From: Octopus bimaculoides
Lineage: Eukaryota
DNA: 64,000 bases
Direction of reading: 5' to 3'
NCBI RefSeq assembly: GCF_001194135.2
Contig: NC_068982.1
Coordinates: forward strand, 52,753,328-52,817,327
Shown piece after piece: positions 53,011 through 64,000 of the stretch. The notes beneath the pieces were generated by a model. It did no database searches. It had not been told where the DNA came from and saw only the letters and a program-made list of their open reading frames with translations. The position numbers and the translations under genes are program-made. Within the stretch, counting starts at the first letter, position 1; the number at the start of each line of letters is the position of its first letter.

Positions 53011-56000
53011 TATCAACATACAAGATATACTCTGTTGCGAATGCTAATAGGAAGGACCTAAGACTAAGCGCCTATATAATAAGTACCAGTTGCTACATCT
53101 AGTAGCACTAAAAGCCACGCCTTGCAATCGGCACACTCCTCATGAAACTTATCTCTCTACCTTTCACATATCACAATTAATTGCTGCAGATACTTTCTTA
53201 CGTATCTATTGATTTTCATGTCATTTTCTTCATGTAAACATATTTCAATATACCATATCTACATTTAAGAATCATTTTCTAAAATTTAATATGGGGTTTT
53301 GTTAATGGTTGTTTTAACGCGTATGATATTGAAAATTCTAAACAAGTTTCTCTTCTTTATTCGTCAGAGTATTGCATCCATCATTTAATTTTATATAAGA
53401 GTGAATAATTCTTGTCATCGATCCTCCTTACTTTTCTCAAGTACTGTCTAAGTCTACCAATGTATCAAACGTTTAACATAATCATTCCCAGCAAATATGT
53501 TGTATCCAGACAGGTGATGATAACCTGTTCCCGTCTTTTACATGTATATCCTACATAAAGCTGGTGCCACTTCCGTTCCTTGCATAGTCATATTTCTATC
53601 ATTTGTAATGTAACTAGTTTTTCTGCAATCCACGTTACAGTTTAACCACCCATGGTTTTATTTTATCCAAGCTCATAAGTACTTCTCTGTTATAGATTTT
53701 TATTATTTTGCTACTTGAAAGGTAGTTTTTCTGCAAACTTTTTCTCTAATTTCGTTTTCATATTCCACCAAATGTTGTTCCGTGTACACGTAATTCTTTC
53801 TCCATTTCTAATGATCTTTCTAGAGCATGTTTTGCAGTTAAGAAATGCAACATCTGTTTCTCTATTTCTCTTTTAATACAACACTATTCTGTTCTTATCT
53901 CTTGCGCATGCAGTTCTTTTCCACAAATCGTCTTACAATATGCTACTCTAATTTCTAACTAACGTTTTCTCACATATATCTTCTAAACTGTTAACACCGC
54001 TACTTCGATTTTCCTTCTTGTAAATAACCTCCATCCTTTCCTTTTCGTTCTTTAAATTCTCGTCATAATTTCATTCAGGATCAGTAGATCTTTATCGAAC
54101 TGAACGAGAGCCAAAGGACACTATACCTTACAGTCTGAATTCTCATTTCGGATTCATTTTAACCCGATATGTAAATTATTTTGTTATTTGAAGGGTAGTT
54201 TCTCCGATAACTTCTTTGTAATTTCGTTCCCATGTTCCACCAAATGTTATTCCATGTACATTTTCTAGAGGCCATTTTTTCTAGACTATTGTTTTCATTT
54301 TGTTTCCCCGTAGACCAGTTATTCGGTTATTAGAATAGTTTAGCAGATACTGCGGCATACGTCAAAACACTTTTTACATGAATGCTAGCCAAGTATGTGA
54401 GGTTTTGTGGTGATCAAAAGGATAAATTTTTCAAGGAATGTGTATGGGGAAGTAGATTAAATGATGCTAAATAATACGGTAATTCTTAACATGTGTAGGT
54501 GATTATATTATTTCTGTGAGTACATCTCTAAATCGTTGATTTCACACTCTTCATTTAACATAGGCATCGATTGCACATTTATGACACCATAACATTCTTC
54601 TGTCTTAGTATTCATTATACTGGCGCTTCAGCAAGTGCCCAGTATAATGTTATCATCTAACTTTACCCTGAATTATGCTTTTCGGATAGAGTTTTAGAAA
54701 TTAAAGAACTAAATATGGGCACTTTTGACAAATCCGTCCTTAGAAGTCATTACATTACTACCTAACAATCATTTCTTTCTTGAGGTATAATTGCGAGTGG
54801 CGCTTCACTGAAACAAACTCCAGATAAAGAGTTTTCCTACATATAGGCTTTTCTTTTTTTTTTTTTATCTAAGAAACCAGATGAACCAACATAAGGGTAA
54901 GAAAAGCAACTAAGGGTAGCTTTAACTTACTGATGCACCCAGAACCAAAGCAAGCTTCTTACCACACAGCCACGCCTAAGCTGTGTATAAATTTAGAGAA
55001 TCCAAGAATCCAAATGTAGATGCTCAACATTTACATTTAGCTCAGCAGCTTAAAGCTTTCTGAATGTTTAACTCAACCGGCGGTTTTATTTTTAAAGCAG
55101 GATATATCTGTTAGAAACATTCCCTATTGAAGCATTAGTCTTTATTGAGAAAATGTATCCCAGTATCTTGTATCATACGTTAAATTGACTATAAATTAAC
55201 TTTACTTTTGAGTATTCAACCAAATATCTTTTGCATCTTGTGTAAATATATATTTTAATGCAATTCGCGAATTCGAAATCTGCATTCGATATTTGCTCAG
55301 TTTCAACAAAGTTTTCGCTGACTCTTGATTATAAAGATATGTGCTATAAAACAAATAATTTTCCAGTGTACATGTGAGGGATTATATATATTTTAACTAT
55401 GTCATGTAGCATTATTTAATAATTAATTCAACTGAAACAACTGAAAAGTTTCTTTTTCTTTTGAATTGATATAATCATTGAAGTTAACTAAACGGATGTA
55501 AAATCAATTTGAATTCAGTTTTAGGGTTTTAACATGATATCAACGTCTTTCACGAAATTCTATCTGATAAAAGTCTAATCAGAAAGTCTTCCTGTACAAA
55601 GCTGAGTTGACATTAGAAAGTATAAGAATGTTAACTGGGTGGCAATGTCTTTCAGCCATTAAATCATCACTTCTAATAATTCTTTTGGGTGAGAAAATGA
55701 ACAAATGCGGGAACCACGTCATATCAGATAAAGTAATTAAATTTTGTTGATGAATCGATAATTACATTTGTAAAGTAAATGTAATACAATTAAAAGAAAG
55801 ACTTGCTTTAAACTTAGTCACTCTCCCTCTTTATAATAATGACAATATTTTTTCTAGCTGTTTAATAATTAGAAAAAGATGTTCATTATATCAGAAACTG
55901 CTTTACTTTTAAAAGATCTGAAATTAAAGATCGTTTAATGCATTTCAAATGTTATTATTGTCAAAAACAGTTAAAGAGAATTTTTTCAGAATATGACTTT

Positions 56001-57064
56001 ATACAGATAACTGTGGGTTATACATGTTTCAACCACACCAAATAATTGAAGATAGTACAAACTAATGTATAACAGTAACTTCAGTCACGATAATGTTTCG
56101 AGAAGAGTATGGATTAGGTTTCGTGTTCTATAAATTGCTTCAGGTGAAGTATGAAATCGTATGAATTATTTTGTGTTCTACAAATGCCACTTTTGGAAAG
56201 TGATAGAACTGAATTTTGTGATAAAATATCGGTCATAATTCGACTAAACAAATATTCTCTATTTTTTTTCTCAGGAAAATGTAAGTGCGACATTAGTAGT
56301 TCGAACTCTTATCCAAGCTACTAGGAGAGTTAGCAAAATGTCTTTAACCAGAAAATGAGACAAGGTCGAGTGTTATCTTCTTGTGAGTTTACATTCTATT
56401 CACTGACACCAGTTACTCTCTGCTTATTATTATTATTATTATGTAATTTGAAGAAGAGTAGAGGTAAATATGAAGAAAATATCTCATTTTGTCTCCCTAC
56501 GTTCTCATTTCAATTCTACTGAGGTCAGCTTCCACAATGTTTCTACATTACGAACTAGTAATATTTTGAAAAAGTTACATTACTCTTCCATAAAAAAAAA
56601 ACTGACCATGCACTTGGTTATATAGAATCATTGCCCTACTGTTATTCCAGTGACGCAGTAGAACGGTGTACTAAATTTTATAATAATGTTTTGCTTCTAT
56701 CATTTAATCAAAAGTTTAAATTCCACTGTTGTCATTAAATGTTCATGTGATGTGTATATGTGTAGGGATTCACTGACGGTGCATTTAAAGATATCTGAAT
56801 CTGGATGAGTTTCAGCTTATTCAAACTCAGTCTTACTCAAAAAATTCTATTGAAACAAGCATACACTGAGTGTATTTTTAATACAGTTAAATTTCTCCAA
56901 AGTGTGACCACGATCTGATTTCGATTCGTAGCGTTGAAGAGTTCTTGTCACTTTACGACACTGATACACTCGAGAAATGTTGATAGGGGTAATTAACCAT
57001 TGAAAGTTATTTCAAGACATATAGAATATGCTTGATTCAACTTATGCTACTAACGAATGAAATG

Positions 57065-57185
57065 CATATTCTATTGTTTACATTATTTACATTATTTACA
57101 TTTGACGGATACTTGTCCTCATCTTGTTTGTTGTTAACACAACGTTTCGGCTGATATACCCTCCAGCCTTCATCAGATGTTTTGA
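57065..57185 (-). mobile_element. Short Penelope-like element terminal repeat fragment
   Basis: Contains the hammerhead motif and a short (TGTAAATAA)-type repeated tail; no coding remnant recognised. Confidence 0.5.
57136..57181 (-). ncRNA. Minimal type I hammerhead ribozyme motif (Penelope-type)
   Basis: Minus strand reads AACAU-CUGAUGA-A-GGCUG-(GAGGGUAUAU)-CAGCC-GAAA-C-GUU-GUGUU: full catalytic core, 5-bp stem II, 5-bp stem I, palindromic AACGUU in place of stem III. Confidence 0.75.
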
Positions 57186-60100
57186 ATAAAACAAATAGTA
57201 AATGCATTAGTTTCATCTCTTGATGCTTTCACTTTATATCCCAGTGGAATAGAGTTCACTTTACATTTCTATCGATTAAATAAATACTAATCTATTACTG
57301 GGGCTGATATAATCAGTCGTAATCCTACTGTATTCGCGCCTATTGTATATAGCTCTATCTAGTCACATCTCTTTACGTTTTGTGTTCAAATCCTCATTAA
57401 GGCCTATTTTGTTTGTCATCATTTACGAGCTGATAAAGTGAGTACAAATCAAATACTCGGTTTGACTAAACAAGTTACACTTCTTTCGTAAAATTTGTCT
57501 TGGGTCTATGTTAACAATCATCATTTCCTCTTTATAATACCAACAGTGTTGTTTCTGTGACACACGTTACCTAACTTTTTCTTTTAGTAACACACTTAGG
57601 TTTTCATGGATTCTTTAAGAAAAAGACAAGAAATGTAAACAAATTTCTTTTAAATGTATATTTGAACTCAAAATGTTCGAATATACTATTCTATCTACTT
57701 CTATCATTTCTATCATTCTGGAATCTACTATTTCTATCATTCAATAACTTGTCCTCGCGTATGTAAGACATTTTTTTCAAAAGAGGAAAATTTATTGCAG
57801 AATTACATCGTTTCGAAAATGTTACTGAAAATATAATCAATAAACAGAAAAGATAGAAAAACAACTCCTGAGAACACCCGTAATTGAAGAAACCTTTACA
57901 TAATTCACGACCTGCTGGTCAAGCCATAAAAAGAAAAAGTTGATATGCAAATAACATAGTTCCTTATAGGAGAATAAAAAAAGATACACTTAAACAGAAA
58001 ATAAGTATTTTCTTCTTATAATCTCATCTCTCTTCTTATTTCCAATACAAATACAATATATTTCGCTGAAATTAGAAAATTATAAGGTTTCTTGACAGAC
58101 TTTCTGCTGATTTCAACTATTGATATCAAATACATAAAATAGGAAAGAAGTTTAATGAAAAATCAATAAAATATACGAATATATAAGAGTTTGAATGTTC
58201 TTATTTAAAAATTTTTTTTTCTATTACTGTTATAATTATCTGCTGTCTGAACTGATTGTTGTAAATAAAATATTCTCCAATGGACAACGCAACGAATTAG
58301 AAAATCTACTTAAATTTTCTCACTGACTGAACAAAAGAATTACGTTTATTCTCCTCTACATACGTGTCATTGTAAAAGAAGTGTCAGCAATAGAAAGTAG
58401 GATTCAAATATTGTTCTACCTACTCATTAAATCAACTTTAATTAAAGATTTAATTTATGACAGTTTTTTTTCGAAAATATACTACGAATTAACGCATATG
58501 AAACAATTTTAAGCAGAATATTAAATAATTTATGAAGTAGGAGAGAATCGTTAGAGCGTTGGACATTGCTCTGTGGAATTTAATGACATATACGTTTTGA
58601 ATTAAGATTCCGGCAGAGTAGCCTTTGCTATTCGTTCTTCTAAGGGTGATAAAGAACGTACCTAGCAATTATATCAAGGGAGGTGGATGGGTCAAAGAGG
58701 AACGTGACGGGCTGGTACCCAGGGTTAAAACTTTTCGACCAAGAATCAGTGTCAGAAATGATTAAAAATTTCATAATATTATTCAGTATTATACAGAATG
58801 TTTAAATTAGCCTGTGCCATACCCTTTTCAGTAATATCTGAAATTCCTTCACAAGATTGAATAAAGAGATTTGCATGTGAGAGATTTCAACCGTTTTAAT
58901 CTATTAAAGATGAAGACATATATATATAGAAACGGAACTGCAGTAGTAACAGAGAAATATTTTCAGTGGCTTCTTTGAAGCTGTCTCTCTAAAAAGCAGA
59001 ACCAAAATACGTCAATATATTTCTACTTCTATAACCGAAGATCAAATTACAAATGTTATAATAATTCGATAAAAGCAAGAAATGTGTTTAGAGGTGAAAC
59101 GAGATTTTAAATAATCCTAAAATATTTTAGCTGTTTATTTACTTGCTTTTCATTACGTCTTAATACTTTTACATCGCTACAAGAATCAATCTGCATTATT
59201 TTTCATGACTTATATGTATATATTTCTGTCCAAATCAGAAATTAATATTTTCTATCGAAATGAAAAAAACAAAATTTCAAATATATTTTCCTTGAACTAA
59301 AATAAGATTATCAAGGTGGAAGAATATGATGATAAAATAATGATTATTGTTGAGTACATTTTCCCGTTGATATGAAAAATCACATAAAATAAAATGGCGT
59401 TGTGTGCCCGTCATTTGTTCAACCGGTTGAATTACCTGCCCCTAGATCAACTCGCAAATAGCTGGACGTTCCACGGACATCTGTACCTTTAACATAACAC
59501 TCAGAAAGAATCAGCATGACAGAAGTGAAGCGATAAGGTTGTATCTTGCGATTTATGGATACACTTCACCCAACAGCTTCCGTCGAATGAAATATACAAA
59601 GTATAGGTCGAATCGAGTCAATACAAGAATGACATCTGTCTAAGATGCTGTGCAGTAGGATAGAACTTAGATCATCATAGATGCTAAGCTAAGGCCTTAA
59701 AAATTCGGTCATATTGCATCTAGAGAAAATTGCACATATAAATTCTAAGCACATTATAATGCTTTGTGAAATTACTAAATAATGAAATATTTATAACAGG
59801 TAAACCTTTATTTCCTGTATAATATAAATATCTTTGTAAGACTTCCAAGATATTACATATTGAAGAGAATTTGATGAAAAATATCCTTCCGTTATAATTC
59901 CGTTCGAATTAGCAATTACCAACACCAAAGTAGTACAATANNNNNNNNNNNNNNNNNNNNNNNNNNNNNNNNNNNNNNNNNNNNNNNNNNNNNNNNNNNN
60001 NNNNNNNNNNNNNNNNNNNNNNNNNNNNNNNNATATATATATATATATATATACATATATATATCTATGTATGTGTATATATACATACATATGTATATAT

Positions 60101-61317
60101 ATGTATATATATAGATAGATAGATAGATAGATAGATAAATTAATATTTTCTTCATAGCAGGATAGTTTAACTTTCAGCTCAGCGACTATTTACATCTACT
60201 ATAGAATTATTTTATTATTCCCGCAAAGAATTCTATAAAATGTTGAACAGGTGAAAGATAATCTTCGTAGTTAAACATATTTATATTCACCGTTCACTCT
60301 CGATTTAGCAAGAAACAAAGAATAAATACAAAAATAGGTATTTCTAAAAGACATTACCAATCTTGAAACCTGATGAAAAATAGCTATTTTTCTCCTAGAA
60401 ATTGTAGAAGTGAGAAATAAGAATCCCTTCAAGTTTTCAAGATAATGTAATTGGGGAAAAAATTCAGGAAGCTAACGTGTCAAATTCAAAGAATTAATTG
60501 GCAAACGAGCTTTTCTATTAGATAAAATATCTTTTGGGTTCTTATTGTAATTTTACAATATTAAAGTTGTTTGTGAAATTTTATATCAGAATAAATTCTG
60601 TGAAACGATATTTGCATCAATGTCATCTATGCATTTATTGTGTTATACTCAAGTCGTTCTTAACGCAAGGTTTTGTCGGTGAGAACGAAATTATTGATGA
60701 CACACATTGCTACTACTGATAATGGTTTCAAACATTGGCACACTTAATTTATCGTCCTCAAGAGCGATAAAAAGCAAAATTTAACCTTGGGGTGTCTGAC
60801 CACTCTGTTATAGCTATCAGTCACATTCACAAGAATAACAACGTTTTTGAAAAAGAATTTCCACACGGGCAACAGAAAATATTAATATAAAACCTTAAAA
60901 GAAGTTAGCAAAGACATATTTTAAGGTCAAATATATAAATAACAGTCTCCACTTTTCCTACCAGTCTATGCACATTTATGCATAGATATGTATATGCATG
61001 TGGGCTTGTGTATGGTTGTGCATATGTAAATAAGGAAAAGCTTTTCTTTAATAAAAAGTTATATTATAGATACGACTCTAAAGGTTGATATTAAGAGAGT
61101 GAGAGAAAAGGAGACAGAAAAAGCGAGAAGGAGGAGGAGGAGGAGGAAGAAAAAAGAAGAGTGGGAAAAGAGACAATAATTCACTTCTGTAGTTCACTTC
61201 TAATTCATGTAATCTGCGACCGGATATATGGGTAGCAAAGTTCATTTCAGAAAGGATTTGCTCTCGGAACTCAAAACTTAGAATGTAATGAACATATTGC
61301 AAGGACGAGCATGCATG

Positions 61318-62377
61318 TCATTATCCAGTTTTATTTCAAGATTTCTTGCTAATAGAGAAAGAGTCGGTTTCTAACCTAGGTCCAAGGCTCCTTTATTGGA
61401 ATTTCAACAACACAAACAGGGTATTTTTGTATTATGTATATGTGTTCAGATTTGTATGTTTTATTTTATGCATGTATTGTCATGCTTACACTTGCATAGA
61501 TAGACATGCTCATGTATGTATGTATGTATGTATGTATGTATGTATGTATGTATGTATGTATGTATATATGTATGTACGCATGCATGTATGTATATATGTA
61601 TGTATGTATTTGCAGATTTGTATGTTTTATGTATGTAATCTCATGCATAGAGTTACATATCTAGACATGCTCATATATTTTTAAATGATAAACTTCTGGA
61701 AAGTTTTACAGACTTTTACAGTTCCAGTGATGGATTGGATCTGTAGCCTTCGAATTAGCTTTCTCCTTTCTGGTTTTGAGAAGCCTAATTTCACAAGATT
61801 GGTATTTATGTCCCCAATAATTACAGGTATAAACCTGAACTTGTAATGCAGATAGAGTGACTGTAGATTTCTCAATAGTCCAGCATAGGTGTTCTCTTTT
61901 TCACTGATCTTCAGCTTTATATTAACATGCGCTGGGCAGCTAATTTCTACAACTGTGCACAGTTTCTCTTCTCTATCCCAAATCATTATATCAGGTCTGT
62001 TGTACTCACATTTTATTGAGGTCTTCNNNNNNNNNNAAATCATTATATCAGGTCTGTTGTACTCACATTTTATTGAGGTCTTCACTGGTACATTCCACCA
62101 GTATTCCTTTTCATTATGAGTGGCTATGGCTTGTACCATATTGTGGATTTTTATTTCTTTGTCCTCGGGATTATCCTTCCGACAGATTTCACTATAGACT
62201 GTCCTGGCTACAACGTCATGTCTCATCGGTAGATAATACTGTGATGACATTTTCAGACAACTGCTTATGATGTGGGTGATATCTTCAGTGTGAATTTCAC
62301 AAATTCTGCAATGGTCGTCACATTTTACGGCTTTTCCTGCATCTCTATCCCTTTTGTGTATCAGGTACTTGGTTGAT
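61318..62377 (-). mobile_element. 5'-truncated RLE (R2-superfamily, R4-like) LINE of a second family (copy 1)
   Basis: Open frame ISTKYL...CRICEIHTEDITHIISSC (CCHC)...RHD...RPDIMIWD...VVEISCP...EKENTY (PD-(D/E)xK nuclease)...FQKFII*; about 360-bp 3' UTR; 5' end abuts (TATG)n. Confidence 0.88.
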
Positions 62378-62622
62378 ATGTATGTATGTATGTATACTTG
62401 TATGCATACATGCATGCATGCATGTTTGTATGTATGTATGTATACATGCATGTAAGTATGTATGTATATATGTATGTATGTATGTAAGTATGTATGTATG
62501 CATACATGCACACACACATGTATGTATGTACGTACGTACGTACGTACATACGTATGTATGTATGTATGTATGTATGTATTATGTATGTATGTATGTATGT
62601 ATGTATGTATGTATGTATGAAT
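62377..62622. repeat. (TATG)n tetranucleotide tract; another at 61513-61610
   Basis: Direct inspection. Confidence 0.95.
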
Positions 62623-62810
62623 GCATATGTATTAAGTATCTCAAGTTGTATTTCTAGAGCTAGTGATTTGATGTGAGACTGCATATTGAAACTAAAGTAA
62701 TTATAGTTGTGTCTGAAATTTTGACATATGAACAAATAAATTAAATTACTTTCTTTTTAATTGCTTAAAATGGTTCTTCCACGATGTAATTGCAATATGT
62801 ATGTACATAC

Positions 62811-62870
<60 letters not shown>

Positions 62871-63541
62871 GTACATCTGTTTGTGCATGTATGTGTGTCA
62901 CTACTCGCGTGTGTTTGTATATTGTTATTTTGGATAATCAACGAACAGAAGATAATAACCTGTCACTAAGTATCCACTACTGTCACTTTTACAAATAGAA
63001 TTGTGATCAGTAAGTTGTTCAGGTATAACAATTCTACATAGGCATAACCTTCTTCTCAGAAATATTACTTGTAAACGACTTAACACTTCGTACTGTCCTT
63101 ACTACAAAGATTTCCACTCCTGTAAATCCTGTAGACTCATATATTTATTCAGCAGTATTTGACCGACTGGAATTGTCTGTGACCTCAATACATCAGACAA
63201 CCGAATCGCAAGTGCACATAATTGAAATAAATAAAATAATAATAAATCCTTCCTTAAGGGAAGTCAATGAATACTCTATCTCGGTTCCGATTTTGGGTGG
63301 TTTTTCTCTTCAATTTTAGAAATTTTATCAATTAACCTCACCAGGTATTGCACTGACACTTATGTCAAATTTCAATTATCACACTAAAATTCATGGGAAA
63401 ATCTTTCATGGCGTTTTCAAAGCGACTTAGTGAAATCAAAGCTGAATTACTTAGAGATGATGATGTTTTGAAGTGGAAAGTATCTTCAGTCAAATATTTA
63501 GTATATCATAGAGGGTGGATAACAAATGTTTTGCTATAAAC

Positions 63542-63709
63542 GCAGGTGCGGTTGTGTGTTAAGAAGTTTGCTTCCGAAGCACACAGGTCCGGGCACAATC
63601 CCACTGCGTGGCACCTCGTGCAAGTCTCTTCCATTATAGCCTCGAACCAAGCAAAGTTTTGTGAGTGAAATTGGTAGACGGAAACCGAAGGAAGTCCGTC
63701 GCAAATATA

Positions 63710-63762
<53 letters not shown>
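63542..63762 (+). mobile_element. SINE family B 5' half
   Basis: ...cccactgcgtggcacctcgtgcaagtctcttccattatagcctcg...ggtagacggaaaccgaaggaagtccgtcg then (GT)n. Confidence 0.75.
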
Positions 63763-63765
<3 letters not shown>

Positions 63766-64000
63766 AATAATGCACCCCGGCGTTGCCCGGCTGTTATGAC
63801 CTACACCCACATTGTATTATTCGTTCCTTTCTTATGCGTAGAATTGGCACACAAGGAGTATGAAGCAAACAACTCTTCATAAACATGTTTTTTTGTCATT
63901 TGCGGATGAATGACGCTGCAGTTTCCGTTTAGCAAATTCAGTCACAAGTCTGTGGTTTGCTTAGGGCTATAATAGAAAACACTGACCTAAGGTACTATGC

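Overview
AT-rich, microsatellite-dense eukaryotic genomic DNA from a gapped short-read assembly. The repeat families and SSR load look cephalopod (octopus-like); that assignment is inference. Only one host protein-coding segment is supported: the terminal coding exon (20112-20659, +) of a RASD-family (Dexras1/Rhes) small GTPase. Its first coding exon is not visible, implying an intron over 20 kb or small exons below the ORF cutoff. The rest is intron/intergenic DNA filled with three tRNA-headed SINE families, decayed LINEs (CR1-group, R4/Dong-like and a second restriction-like-endonuclease family, Tx1/L1-clade), a DD37D maT transposon nested in a LINE, a 519-bp fold-back element and a Penelope-type terminus carrying a minimal hammerhead ribozyme. 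Most interesting signals: the hammerhead; a SINE and a LINE sharing a 37-nt 3' tail whose hairpin shows a compensatory base-pair change; and three LINE lineages each sitting in a different microsatellite class ((TA)n, (TAA)n, (CATA)n). Almost all other ORFs in the supplied track are SSR or N-gap artefacts. No rRNA, intact tRNA or CRISPR array was seen. All alignments were done by eye.
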